Sequence record: DRR378314_1245
Length of the DNA stretch: 57,674 bases
Direction: 5' to 3' (one strand)
Position numbers and translations under genes: made by a program. Under the pieces are notes generated by a model. It saw nothing but the letters and a program-made list of their open reading frames with translations, was not told the origin of the DNA and ran no database searches. Of the stretch, positions 40,476 through 50,749 are shown piece after piece. Every line of letters starts with the position of its first letter. Within the stretch, counting starts at the first letter, position 1.

Positions 40476-40717
40476 ATGTTTTTTTTGGCCTTATATAGGT
40501 TGAAAGTCCTTATTGCCTTGAGAAGAAAATATACCTAATATCGATATCGGGTGTAGTGATATTTAGGAAGGAATAAGGATTTTAGAGCCTTTAATGTTTA
40601 GAGTTTGTTACTTATATACCCCACTCAATACTGCCAAAGTGTACTTTATAAATGCCTGAAAATAAGCGAAATAACAAAAAAATATTGTCGGAGTCCTTTT
40701 GGAATTAAAAAAATTTG

Positions 40718-40753
40718 TAAATTTGTTAACCAACTGGTTAAACCGTTTAGTTA
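40718..40753 (+). promoter_or_regulatory. -7 box and probable TetR operator
   Basis: TAAATTTG (40718-40725), then near-palindrome TTAACCAACTGGTTAA (40726-40741) and degenerate copy AACCGTTTAGTTA abutting the ATG. Confidence 0.7.
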
Positions 40754-41356
40754 ATGAAAGATCAGAGCACAGAAGAAAATGTACTAAAGGCAGCCGTAAG
40801 CGTCTTCCAAAAGAAAGGTATGGCAGGAGCCCGTATGCAGGAGATTGCGGATGAGGCAAAAATTAACAAGGCCATGCTGCACTACTATTACAAGAGTAAG
40901 CAAAAATTGTTCGAGGCGGTATTTAGGCAGGCCTTTGAAAAGTTTGCTCCCCATATCAACCAGGTCTTTAATTCCGATAAAAGCGTTTTTGAAAAAATAA
41001 CTGAATTTACAGATAGCTATATTTCCTTTGTTATGGAGAATCCATACCTGCCCAACTTTCTTATTCAGGAAATAAATAACAATCCCGAGTTTGCGGATTT
41101 ATTTTTTGGCTCTGAGATTGCGCCCAACCCTTTGCCTTTTAAGAAACAGATAGCGGAGGAAATAGAGATGGGAATTATAAAACCAATAGACCCTAGACAA
41201 TTGTTGTTAAACCTATTTTCCTTGACGGCATTTTCCTTTGTTGGGACCGGCCTGGTCCGAGGAATATTGAACTTGGACGAAAAAACATTTAAAGCCATGA
41301 TGGAGGAACGCAAAATTTTGATTCCAGAGCTTTTAATTAATTCGATTAAAAAATAA
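40754..41356 (+). CDS. TetR/AcrR family transcriptional regulator
   Basis: KGMAGARMQEIADEAKINKAMLHYYYKSKQKLF HTH. Confidence 0.95.
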   Translation: MKDQSTEENVLKAAVSVFQKKGMAGARMQEIADEAKINKAMLHYYYKSKQKLFEAVFRQAFEKFAPHINQVFNSDKSVFEKITEFTDSYISFVMENPYLPNFLIQEINNNPEFADLFFGSEIAPNPLPFKKQIAEEIEMGIIKPIDPRQLLLNLFSLTAFSFVGTGLVRGILNLDEKTFKAMMEERKILIPELLINSIKK

Positions 41357-41469
41357 AACATTCATGCTTAGTTTAAAACACACTGGGAAAGTAATTATTT
41401 GGATGTTGCACCCGCCAGAATGACTTTGTCGGCCTAGTGCTCCCACTGAAAATCAATAAATAAAAACAC

Positions 41470-42735
41470 ATGAAAAGACTTTTTTTAATATTAATTTTCA
41501 CTATACCTCTTGGCTCCGTGGCCCAGCAGACCCTAAGGTTGGAGGAGTGTTTTGACCTTGTTGCCGAGAATTATCCCTTGGCCAAACAAACCGGATTATT
41601 GGAAAGCCAGGTACAAATGGATATTGAAGCCTTAAGAACGGGCTATTTACCCAAACTGGACCTCAACGCTCAGGCCACCTACCAGTCCGATGTTACAAGT
41701 TTGCCGATCCAGATACCGAATGTAACGGTAGAACCTCCCAATAAGGACCAATATCGCGCCACCTTGGATGTAAACCAAATGATTTATAACGGGGGGTTGA
41801 TCAATGCTTCAACCAAGGTGAAGGAGGCAGCCTCAAAGGTAAACCAACAGCAGTTGGAGGTGAGCCTCTACGGATTAAAAAGCCAGGTCAATTCCATTTA
41901 CTTATCAGTTTTATTGCTTCAGGAAAACCAGGCATTGCTCCAAGCCAAGGAAGAGCAATTAAAGGCACGTTTGGAAGATGTTAAGGCTGGGGTAAAATAT
42001 GGGACTTTGTTGGGGTCTTCTGAAAAAACACTGGAAGCGGAACTCCTAAAATTAAGACAACAGTTTACGGAGTTGAGGTACAATAAATTGGAGTTGGTAC
42101 AACGCTTGTCCTTACTTATTGGCATGGAATTATCGTCCAATGTAAACCTTGAAAGACCTGCCGTTTTTATGTCGGAAACCCAATCCGAGCGACCAGAAAT
42201 TCAGCTTTTCGACCTTCAAAAGGAACAGATAGATTTTTCCTCCAAACTAATTTCAAAGACCAATCTCCCAAAAATCAATGCTTTTGCCCAAGGGGGTTAT
42301 GGCAATCCGGGGCTGAATATGTTGGACAATTCTTTTAAAACCTTCTACATGGCGGGTTTAAAACTGAATCTGAACATTTTTGACTGGAACAAGACCAGGA
42401 CCGAGCAAGAGTCCCTTGAAATAAACAAGCAAATTATAGATACCCAAAAAGAGACCTTTGAACTGAACAACAATTTGGAATTGGTAAAACTCGAGTCTGA
42501 AATTGATAAGATCGATGCCTTGATTTTCACCGATAGGGAGATTATAGTACTACGGGAAGATATTCTAAAAACAGCGGAATCCCAATTGAACAACGGTGTA
42601 ATTACAGCATCGGCCTATATTACCGAATTCACAAATTTATATGAGGCAAAAAGCAATCTAAATCTACACGAAACACAATTGCTATTGCACAAAATTCAAT
42701 ATGAAATTACCAAAGGCAGCTATTACAATAACTGA
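41470..42735 (+). CDS. TolC family outer membrane efflux protein
   Basis: YLPKLDLNAQATYQS, LPKINAFAQGGYG, NIFDW; operon context. Confidence 0.88.
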   Translation: MKRLFLILIFTIPLGSVAQQTLRLEECFDLVAENYPLAKQTGLLESQVQMDIEALRTGYLPKLDLNAQATYQSDVTSLPIQIPNVTVEPPNKDQYRATLDVNQMIYNGGLINASTKVKEAASKVNQQQLEVSLYGLKSQVNSIYLSVLLLQENQALLQAKEEQLKARLEDVKAGVKYGTLLGSSEKTLEAELLKLRQQFTELRYNKLELVQRLSLLIGMELSSNVNLERPAVFMSETQSERPEIQLFDLQKEQIDFSSKLISKTNLPKINAFAQGGYGNPGLNMLDNSFKTFYMAGLKLNLNIFDWNKTRTEQESLEINKQIIDTQKETFELNNNLELVKLESEIDKIDALIFTDREIIVLREDILKTAESQLNNGVITASAYITEFTNLYEAKSNLNLHETQLLLHKIQYEITKGSYYNN

Positions 42736-42757
42736 TATATAACAATACCTGAATAAA

Positions 42758-43660
42758 ATGAAACATCCATATTTAATATTAATAAGTCTTCTAATGAGCA
42801 TTTTAGGTTCTTGTACCGGCAATGGGGATAAGGCCGATGGTTACGGTAATTTTGAAGCTACGGAAATAACTATTTCGGCAGAGGCCAATGGAAAAATTTT
42901 GTTCCTGGATGCGGAAGAAGGAAATGTACTGGCCCAAAATGAGGTTGTTGGCGTTATAGACACCGTTCAGCTTTCCTTAAAGCGCGACCAATTATTGGCT
43001 TCCAAAAACACTATTTTTTCGAAATCCAGAAACGTGCTATCACAAAGGGAAGTACTTAAAGAGCAATTAAAAGTGGCTCAAAATGATAAGGCCAGGGTAG
43101 AGAACCTATTGCAGGCAAAAGCTGCAACTGCCAAACAATTGGACGACATTAATGGACAGATCAACATTATCAAAGAACAGATTAAGAGTGTGGAAACTCA
43201 AAATTCGCCCATTATCAATGAGATAAAAAGTATAGAAATACAAATACGGCAAATTGAAGACCAGATCAATAAAAGTGTCATTCAAAACCCTGTGAAGGGC
43301 ACGGTCCTGGTTAAATATGCTGAACCCAATGAAATTACTGCATTTGGAAAACCCCTATATAAAATAGCCAATCTGGAAGACATGATTCTAAGAGTCTATA
43401 TCAGTGAAAATCAATTGTCCACACTGAAAATTGGACAAGAAGTAAGCGTAAAAATTGATGCAGGCCAGGAAATGAAATCTTATCCTGGCGTGGTGTCTTG
43501 GATTGCGGAAAGTGCAGAATTCACTCCTAAAATTATTCAAACCAAAGAAGAACGTGTCAATCTGGTCTACGCAGTTAAAGTTAAAGTCCGTAATGATGGA
43601 AGTTTAAAAATTGGGATGCCTGCAGAAATGTGGATTGCCACAAAAACTAATGAAGAATGA
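42758..43660 (+). CDS. HlyD/YbhG-like membrane fusion protein
   Basis: GNFEATEITISAEANG, AEFTPKIIQTKEER, LKIGMPAE. Confidence 0.92.
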   Translation: MKHPYLILISLLMSILGSCTGNGDKADGYGNFEATEITISAEANGKILFLDAEEGNVLAQNEVVGVIDTVQLSLKRDQLLASKNTIFSKSRNVLSQREVLKEQLKVAQNDKARVENLLQAKAATAKQLDDINGQINIIKEQIKSVETQNSPIINEIKSIEIQIRQIEDQINKSVIQNPVKGTVLVKYAEPNEITAFGKPLYKIANLEDMILRVYISENQLSTLKIGQEVSVKIDAGQEMKSYPGVVSWIAESAEFTPKIIQTKEERVNLVYAVKVKVRNDGSLKIGMPAEMWIATKTNEE

Positions 43661-44040
43661 AAACGACCTTGATTATCGCGACCATTCTTGCAATCCTGAT
43701 CGGCACCCTATCCGTAATCTCAGGTTCCATGGTCCTTTTGGGGCTGCGTTCCGTGGATTATTGGGTACTGGATTGGTTGGTGGTCTATAACGTTACCCTT
43801 GGAATTATATCCATTTTGGTGGCCTATCAAATAGGTAAACAACACATTAGGTCTAAATTAATGATAATGACCATCCTGCTTTTGCACTTTTTGGTATTGG
43901 TCTATTTGTACTTTTTTAATGATATGGTAGCTGATGAGAGTATAAAGGCAATGGCCTTTAGGGTAGGCATATGGGTAGCAATACTAATTCTGGCACTTCT
44001 AAATCATACAAAAACATTAAGTAACAAAATAAAATCATGA
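43657..44040 (+). CDS. Hypothetical four-TM membrane protein
   Basis: 127-aa hydrophobic ORF; ATGA overlap with the upstream gene. Confidence 0.75.
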   Translation: MKTTLIIATILAILIGTLSVISGSMVLLGLRSVDYWVLDWLVVYNVTLGIISILVAYQIGKQHIRSKLMIMTILLLHFLVLVYLYFFNDMVADESIKAMAFRVGIWVAILILALLNHTKTLSNKIKS

Positions 44041-44043
44041 GCC

Positions 44044-44109
44044 ATGAAACTAAAAATCACCTTCCTGATAGTGCTATCCTTAGTTTTTATTGAGCGGTTA
44101 AGAAAATGA
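44044..44109 (+). pseudogene. 21-codon ORF, signal-peptide-like remnant
   Basis: MKLKITFLIVLSLVFIERLRK*; its stop overlaps the next ATG (ATGA). Confidence 0.4.
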
Positions 44110-45017
44110 GCATCATTCTAAACAATATCAGCAAATCGTACAACACAGTAAAAGCTGTGGACGATATTTCCTTTGAGGTAAAGCCAGGGGAACTGTTCGG
44201 ACTGATAGGTCCGGACGGCGCAGGAAAGACCACCCTTTTCCGAATCCTGACCACCTTACTGATTCAGGATAAGGGAAATGCTACGGTTGCCGGATATGAT
44301 GTTCTAAAGCAGTACAAGGATATCAGAAATCACGTGGGCTATATGCCGGGGAGGTTTTCCTTGTACCAAGATCTTACGGTGGAAGAAAATCTTAAATTTT
44401 TCGCAACTATTTTTGGAACTACAATAGCGGAGAACTATGATTTGATCAAGGATATTTATATCCAAATAGAACCATTTAAAGATCGTAGGGCAGGAAAATT
44501 ATCGGGTGGGATGAAACAAAAACTGGCCCTCTGCTGCGCTTTGATCCATAAACCAAAGGTGTTGTTTTTGGATGAGCCTACCACAGGGGTAGATCCAGTT
44601 TCCCGTAAAGAGTTTTGGGAGATGTTAAAACGCTTACAGCAAAAGGACATCACTATTTTGGTATCTACTCCATATATGGATGAAGCTGAACTTTGTGATA
44701 GGATTGCGCTGATCACCAACGGAAAAATATTGCAGATCAACACGCCCCAGGAAATTATCGCATCGTTCCCAAAGAAAATATTTAAGGTACGTAGTGCCAA
44801 TACCTATCAATTAATCGAAGACTTAAGAGTTTACCCAGAAACCCATAGCGCGTATCCCTTTGGAGAATATCTTCATTTTACCCCTAGGTCCGAAGCATTT
44901 GGGCCAATGGATTTAACCAAATATTTGGAGGAAAGACGGCATAAGGAGATTGAGGTTAAAGAGACCGTGGCAACTATTGAGGATACCTTTATGGATTTAT
45001 CTAAAGCAAATGAATAG
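44106..45017 (+). CDS. ABC transporter ATP-binding protein (YbhF N-half-like)
   Basis: GPDGAGKTT, LSGGMKQK, LDEPTTGVDP, STPYMDEA. Confidence 0.93.
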   Translation: MSIILNNISKSYNTVKAVDDISFEVKPGELFGLIGPDGAGKTTLFRILTTLLIQDKGNATVAGYDVLKQYKDIRNHVGYMPGRFSLYQDLTVEENLKFFATIFGTTIAENYDLIKDIYIQIEPFKDRRAGKLSGGMKQKLALCCALIHKPKVLFLDEPTTGVDPVSRKEFWEMLKRLQQKDITILVSTPYMDEAELCDRIALITNGKILQINTPQEIIASFPKKIFKVRSANTYQLIEDLRVYPETHSAYPFGEYLHFTPRSEAFGPMDLTKYLEERRHKEIEVKETVATIEDTFMDLSKANE

Positions 45018-45752
45018 ATGACAGAAGATAATATGATACAGGTCGAGAACCTGACCAAAATGTTCGGGGATTTCACCGCTGTAAATAACATCTCTTTTGA
45101 GGTGGGAAAAGGTGAGGTTTTTGGATTTTTAGGTGCCAATGGGGCCGGAAAGACAACGGCTATGAAAATGTTGATCGGAATTTCTGAACCTACCCACGGT
45201 AATGCCACCGTGGCTGGTTATAACGTCCTTACAGAGGCCGAACAGGTAAAGAAGAATATTGGGTATATGAGCCAACGCTTCTCTCTTTACAATGATTTGA
45301 CCATTAAAGAAAATATTGTCTTTTTTGGGGGTATATATGGCTTGTCATCTGCAGACATTAAAGAAAAGTCACAGGCCATGATCAATGAATTGGGATTGCA
45401 TGATATGGCCGATTCCCTAGTAAGTTCCCTCCCTTTGGGGTGGAAGCAAAAAGTGGCATTTTCAGTTGCAATGCTCCACAATCCAAAAATTATTTTTTTG
45501 GATGAACCCACTGGAGGAGTAGACCCTATTACCAGGCGCCAATTTTGGGAAATGATCTATATGCAGGCCAATAGAGGGGTTACCATTTTTGTAACTACCC
45601 ATTATATGGATGAGGCCGAATATTGTGATCGGGTGTCTATCATGGTAGCCGGAAAGATAGAGGCTTTGGACACGCCAAAGAATCTAAAACGTCAGTTTCA
45701 AGTGGATTCCATGAATCAGGTATTCCTAAAATTGGCAAGGAACATAGAATAA
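45018..45752 (+). CDS. ABC transporter ATP-binding protein (YbhF C-half-like)
   Basis: GANGAGKTT, LPLGWKQK, LDEPTGGVDP, TTHYMDEAE. Confidence 0.93.
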   Translation: MTEDNMIQVENLTKMFGDFTAVNNISFEVGKGEVFGFLGANGAGKTTAMKMLIGISEPTHGNATVAGYNVLTEAEQVKKNIGYMSQRFSLYNDLTIKENIVFFGGIYGLSSADIKEKSQAMINELGLHDMADSLVSSLPLGWKQKVAFSVAMLHNPKIIFLDEPTGGVDPITRRQFWEMIYMQANRGVTIFVTTHYMDEAEYCDRVSIMVAGKIEALDTPKNLKRQFQVDSMNQVFLKLARNIE

Positions 45753-45762
45753 CAAGGGCAAA

Positions 45763-46869
45763 ATGAACAGATTTATAGGATTCATCAAAAAGGAATTTTA
45801 CCATATTTTAAGGGACAGGCGTTCATTGTTTATCTTGTTCGGCATGCCCATAGTGCAGGTGATGCTTTTTGGTTTTGCCATTACCAACGAGATCAATAAT
45901 GTAGATATCGCCATTTTGGATCATTCCAAAGATGTAAATACCAAAGAGATCATAAATAAAATAGCGACTTCAAAATATTTCAGTATCAAAGGGTTTATAA
46001 GTCATGAAGATGAGATAGAACCTACCTTTAGAAAAGGCAAAATAAAGGCAGTACTCAATTTTGAAAAGAATTTTAGCAAAAACCTGGTTACGCAAAAAAA
46101 AGCCACCGTTCAAATTCTTACGGATGCCACCGATCCCAATACGGCTAATACGATAAGTAATTATATAGGGTCTATTTTACAGAATTACCAACAGGAATTA
46201 AATCAAGGACTAAACCTTCCTTACCAAATAATACCAAAAACAAGGATGGTATTTAATACGGAACTAAAAAGTGTATATATGTTTGTGCCTGGGGTTATGA
46301 CCATTATCCTAATGCTGGTATCGGCCATGATGACCTCGATATCCATTACCAAGGAAAAGGAATTGGGAACCATGGAAATTTTGCTGGTATCTCCCCTAAA
46401 CCCGTTTCAAGTTATTGTGGGCAAGGTAGTTCCTTATATTTTGCTGTCTATTATTAACGCCGTGGTAATTATTCTTTTGAGCATTTATGTTTTTAAAATG
46501 CCGGTGGAGGGCAGCTTGTTTTTATTGGGGGCGGAGAGTACTTTATTTATCATAAATGCACTGTCGTTGGGCATTCTAATCTCCACAGTTGCGGCGACCC
46601 AACAGGCGGCCATGATGACCTCATTAATGGGGCTGATGTTACCGGTTATATTATTGTCGGGTTTTATTTTTCCTATTTCCAGTATGCCTTTACCATTACA
46701 GATGATCAGTAATATAATTCCTGCCAAATGGTTTATAATCATCATAAAGGGAATTATGCTAAAAGGAGTGGGATTGGCCTACGTCTGGAAAGAAACTTTA
46801 ATATTGATTGGAATGACCATATTTTTTATAGGCTTGAGCGTAAAAAAATACAAAATAAGATTGGAGTGA
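45763..46869 (+). CDS. ABC-2 permease (YbhS-like)
   Basis: KEFYHILRD, VPGVM, KEKELGTME, LSGFIFP. Confidence 0.92.
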   Translation: MNRFIGFIKKEFYHILRDRRSLFILFGMPIVQVMLFGFAITNEINNVDIAILDHSKDVNTKEIINKIATSKYFSIKGFISHEDEIEPTFRKGKIKAVLNFEKNFSKNLVTQKKATVQILTDATDPNTANTISNYIGSILQNYQQELNQGLNLPYQIIPKTRMVFNTELKSVYMFVPGVMTIILMLVSAMMTSISITKEKELGTMEILLVSPLNPFQVIVGKVVPYILLSIINAVVIILLSIYVFKMPVEGSLFLLGAESTLFIINALSLGILISTVAATQQAAMMTSLMGLMLPVILLSGFIFPISSMPLPLQMISNIIPAKWFIIIIKGIMLKGVGLAYVWKETLILIGMTIFFIGLSVKKYKIRLE

Positions 46870-46944
46870 AGGTAATTTGGGAGCTAGTTAAAGGTCAATG
46901 AAAATGAATTTCGCATCACGGATTATCAAATTGATAATGTTTTA

Positions 46945-47019
46945 GTCTCCTTGAGCGAAGTCGAGAGGTCCTGGAAAATTACATCTTTAAAATTAGGTCT
47001 GGACTGCGCTCGACCGGAC
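46945..47019. repeat. Inverted REP-like doublet
   Basis: GTCTCCTTGAGCGAAGTCGAGAGG (46945-46968) and the reverse complement of 46996-47019 (GTCCGGTCGAGCGCAGTCCAGACC) share a core. Confidence 0.7.
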
Positions 47020-47070
47020 GACATTACACCAAATAACTCTAGTTTTTAAAAACTAAGTACTAAAAAGTTT

Positions 47071-48192
47071 ATGAACATCATCCGCTATATCATCCAAAAG
47101 GAGTTTAAACAGATCTTTAGAAATAAGGCGATGTTGCCAATTATTTTTGTCTTGCCGTTGATCCAACTGATTATTCTGTCCAACGCCGCCACCTTTGAGG
47201 TGAAAAATATAAAATTTGCCTTTGTTGATAATGATAAAACATCCCTTTCAAGGGAGTTGGTGGAGAAATTTGAAGCTTCTACCTATTTCAATGTGGTATC
47301 CCAATTTCCTTCGGCTAAACAGGCAGGTATGGCAATGCTGGAGGGCAAGGTGGATGTAATTCTAGAGATTCCTTCTCATTTTGAAAGACAACTTATTAAA
47401 AATGAAAAAGCAGATCTTTCGATTATAATCAATGCTATAGATGGAGCTGCTGCGGGGGTAGAAAATGTGTATATAAATCAAATCGTGCAACAGTTCAATA
47501 AAAAGGCACTGGTAGAATTATCCCTTTTTAACAGGTCGGGGAACCAGCCGCTGAATATTGAAACTATCCCGTCCTTTTGGTACAATGAGACCTTAAATTA
47601 CAAAACCTTTATGGTGCCAGGAATATTGGTCCTTTTGGTAACCATGATTACTCTTTTTCTATCAGGGATGAACATTGTTCGGGAAAAGGAAATAGGTACT
47701 TTGGAACAAATAAACGTTACCCCCATAAAAAAGCACCAGTTTATTATTGGAAAATTATTTCCTTTTTTGGTTTTGGGCATGGTATTGTTGACCGTGGGTC
47801 TGATCATCTCAAAACTGTTGTTTCAGATTCCAATAATCGGAAGTCTAACCTTAATGTATCTCTATACCATTATTTACATTTTAGTGATTTTGGGGATGGG
47901 CCTCTTTATTTCCAATTTTACCGATACCCAGCAGCAGGCCATGTTTATAGCCTGGTTTTTTATGGTCATTTTTATTTTAATGAGCGGTTTGTTCACGCCC
48001 ATCGAAAGTATGCCGCAATGGGCGCAGTTGTTAACTGAATTCAATCCTATTAAATATTATGTTGAGGTAATGAGAATGGTAATGCTAAAAGGGGCCGGCC
48101 TTTCCGATATTTACCCGCAAGTTGTAAAAACCTTCATATTTGCCATTGCTATGAATGTATTGGCGGTAATCAGCTATAAAAAAGTAAGTTAA
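47071..48192 (+). CDS. ABC-2 permease (YbhR-like)
   Basis: KEFKQIFR, REKEIGTLEQ, SGLFTPIESMP. Confidence 0.92.
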   Translation: MNIIRYIIQKEFKQIFRNKAMLPIIFVLPLIQLIILSNAATFEVKNIKFAFVDNDKTSLSRELVEKFEASTYFNVVSQFPSAKQAGMAMLEGKVDVILEIPSHFERQLIKNEKADLSIIINAIDGAAAGVENVYINQIVQQFNKKALVELSLFNRSGNQPLNIETIPSFWYNETLNYKTFMVPGILVLLVTMITLFLSGMNIVREKEIGTLEQINVTPIKKHQFIIGKLFPFLVLGMVLLTVGLIISKLLFQIPIIGSLTLMYLYTIIYILVILGMGLFISNFTDTQQQAMFIAWFFMVIFILMSGLFTPIESMPQWAQLLTEFNPIKYYVEVMRMVMLKGAGLSDIYPQVVKTFIFAIAMNVLAVISYKKVS

Positions 48193-48932
48193 TGGAAAAT
48201 AACCATAACAACAATCATTTACAACCAGAAGAGTCGCGTTTTCTTTCCGGACCGCGCTCCAGGATTAGAGAACTGCTTTTTACCTTTAGGGTACAATACA
48301 GTTTTATCAGGGCATTTAGGAAAATGCACTTTATAGGTCCCTGCGTAACGGTTTTTGGGTCCGCCAGATTTGACAAGACCAATCCTTTTTATAAAAAGGC
48401 AGAACAGGTTGGAGCGGCATTGGCCAATATGGGATTTACGGTGATGACAGGAGGGGGTCCCGGTATTATGGAAGCCGCCAACAAAGGGGCTTATGAAGCG
48501 GGAGGGTATTCTGTAGGCTGCAATATAATTTTGCCCTTTGAACAAAAACCGAACCCCTATCTCCACAAATGGATCAACATTAGATATTTTTTTGTACGAA
48601 AGTTCTTGTTGATCAAATATTCGTATGCCTTTGTGGTTATGCCCGGTGGAATGGGCACCTTGGATGAGCTCTTCGAATCCATTACCTTAATACAAACCAA
48701 GATGATCCAAAATTTTCCCGTGGTCATTTTCGGATCCGAATACCATAAAGAACTTTGTGAACACATAAGGATTATGGCGGAGAATGAAAGTATAAGCCCT
48801 AAGGACATGGCGTTGTTGTTCGTAACCGACTCTGTGGAGGAGATGGCCGAGCACATAAAGACCCATGCTATTGAAAGGTTTAAATTGGTTAAAAAACCTC
48901 AAAGACCTAGTTGGTTGTTTGGGGAAGAATAG
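48192..48932 (+). CDS. LOG family (TIGR00730) Rossmann-fold nucleotide phosphoribohydrolase
   Basis: VTVFGSAR, TGGGPGIMEAANKG, PGGMGTLDE. Confidence 0.92.
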   Translation: MENNHNNNHLQPEESRFLSGPRSRIRELLFTFRVQYSFIRAFRKMHFIGPCVTVFGSARFDKTNPFYKKAEQVGAALANMGFTVMTGGGPGIMEAANKGAYEAGGYSVGCNIILPFEQKPNPYLHKWINIRYFFVRKFLLIKYSYAFVVMPGGMGTLDELFESITLIQTKMIQNFPVVIFGSEYHKELCEHIRIMAENESISPKDMALLFVTDSVEEMAEHIKTHAIERFKLVKKPQRPSWLFGEE

Positions 48933-49073
48933 GCGTTGTTGGGATTGCTCTCAATAAATGATTTATTATATATGGCCATAGGTCCTTCCCTAAGGGCTCC
49001 TTTCCTTGCTTCCAGACAATAGACATAACTGTAGAAACATGCTTAATTGGTATCTGTACGGTTATGCTTTTAA

Positions 49074-49087
49074 TTGACTTTTGTCAA
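49074..49087. promoter_or_regulatory. FNR-type palindrome TTGAC-TTTT-GTCAA upstream of sqr
   Basis: Perfect TTGAC-N4-GTCAA. Confidence 0.5.
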
Positions 49088-49121
49088 AATCCATTATTAG
49101 AAATGGATTGATAATTTCTCT

Positions 49122-49165
49122 GTAACAAATGTTGCTGTGTAATTGACTTTAAAGTCTCAAATTTA
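49122..49165 (+). promoter_or_regulatory. GTAAC-N4-GTTGC box plus -7-like box (sqr unit)
   Basis: GTAAC-AAAT-GTTGC-TGTG at 49122-49139; CAAATTTA at 49158-49165. Confidence 0.72.
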
Positions 49166-49253
49166 TATTCGCAATAATATTTAATGTGCTGATAACGATC
49201 ATGTTAAGTGTTTGGGCGTAGCATTAAATTTATCTTTAATAAATCCAATCGCA

Positions 49254-50711
49254 ATGTCAAAAATAGTCATTTTGGGTGCTGGAATCTCTGGTCATGTGGC
49301 CGCAGCGCACCTTCGTAGAAAACTCCCCAAAGAACACGAAGTATTAGTGGTCTCCCCCAATAGCAATTACCAATGGATCCCTTCCAATATTTGGATAGGA
49401 ATTGGAAGAATGGAACCAAAGGACATTATTTTTCCTTTGGCCCCACTTTACAAAAAGAAAAAAATAGGATATAAACAGGCAAAGGTGGTCACTTTTCACC
49501 CCGAAGGGGATAAGGATGTGGAAAAACCTTTTGTTATGGTGGAATATGTAACGGAGGACCAAAAAGGGAAACAGGAAAAAGTTACCTACGATTATTTGAT
49601 CAATGCAACTGGTCCCAAATTGGCCTTTGATATGACGGAGGGTCTGATACCTGGAACCAACAAGGCCTATTCTGTTTGCACCTACCATCACGCCAACGAG
49701 GCATGGAAAGCCCTTGACGATTTAATACAACAGATGAAGCAGGGTAAAAAAGCCAAAATTTTGATAGGTACCGGTCACGCCAAGTCTACCTGTCAAGGTG
49801 CGGCCTTTGAGTACATTTTAAATGTAGAACAGGAATTAAGGCGGCATAAGGTTCGTGACATGGCGGAATTGGTCTGGATTGCCAATGAGCCTCAACTGGG
49901 AGATTTTGGAATGGATGGGATGCTTTTGAGCTATGGCAACAACATAATGAAGTCGAGCGAAATGGTAGAAATGGTTTTTGAAGATCGTGGTATAAAATGG
50001 ATTATTGGTGCCGGGGTTAATAAAATTGAAGATGGGGTGGCACATTATGAAACCTTGGATGGCGAATACCATAAGGAAACTTATGATTTTGCCATGCTTA
50101 TACCCGCTTTTTCGGGTCATGGCTTTAAGGCCTTTGACAAGAACGACCAAGATATTACGGAAAAATTGTTTAAAGGTTTTATGATCGTGGATGCCGACTA
50201 TACCCCTAAGCCTTATGAGGAATGGTCCGTTCAGGATTGGCCGGAAACCTATCAGAATCCTTCCTACCCCAATATCTTTGCCCCGGGCATAGCCTTCGCT
50301 CCCCCGCATGCCATCTCCAAACCCAGAGTAAGTAAAAATGGTACGGCTATTTCCCCGTCGCCACCAAGAACAGGTATGCCATCTGGAATAACAGCGAAGT
50401 TGGTCGCAGAAAATATAATTGATACCATTAAGAATGGCAAGACCTCTCTGCACCACCGGGGATCCATGGGCAACATGGGTGCCGCATGTATAGCCTCTGC
50501 TGGTTATGGTATGACCAAGGGCAGCGGAATAAGTATAACCACTTTTCCCATAGTCCCGGATTATAATAAGTATCCCGATACCCAAGGACGGCAATTGGGG
50601 AAAACCTTCGGAGAAATTGGTTTGGCGGGCCATTGGCTTAAGTTGGCCCTGCACTATGCCTTTCTATATAAGGCCAAAATGAAACCTTTTTGGTGGTTGA
50701 TTCCCGAATAA
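49254..50711 (+). CDS. sqr: Sulfide:quinone oxidoreductase (SQR)-like flavoprotein
   Basis: GAGISG FAD motif, WIPSNIW, YSVCT, TCQGAAFE, PPRTG, AACIASAG, C-terminal GHWLK...FLYK; start ATG 49254. Confidence 0.85.
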   Translation: MSKIVILGAGISGHVAAAHLRRKLPKEHEVLVVSPNSNYQWIPSNIWIGIGRMEPKDIIFPLAPLYKKKKIGYKQAKVVTFHPEGDKDVEKPFVMVEYVTEDQKGKQEKVTYDYLINATGPKLAFDMTEGLIPGTNKAYSVCTYHHANEAWKALDDLIQQMKQGKKAKILIGTGHAKSTCQGAAFEYILNVEQELRRHKVRDMAELVWIANEPQLGDFGMDGMLLSYGNNIMKSSEMVEMVFEDRGIKWIIGAGVNKIEDGVAHYETLDGEYHKETYDFAMLIPAFSGHGFKAFDKNDQDITEKLFKGFMIVDADYTPKPYEEWSVQDWPETYQNPSYPNIFAPGIAFAPPHAISKPRVSKNGTAISPSPPRTGMPSGITAKLVAENIIDTIKNGKTSLHHRGSMGNMGAACIASAGYGMTKGSGISITTFPIVPDYNKYPDTQGRQLGKTFGEIGLAGHWLKLALHYAFLYKAKMKPFWWLIPE

Positions 50712-50749
50712 AAGGCAACTTTTAATAACTCAAAATCCAATAACCTAAA

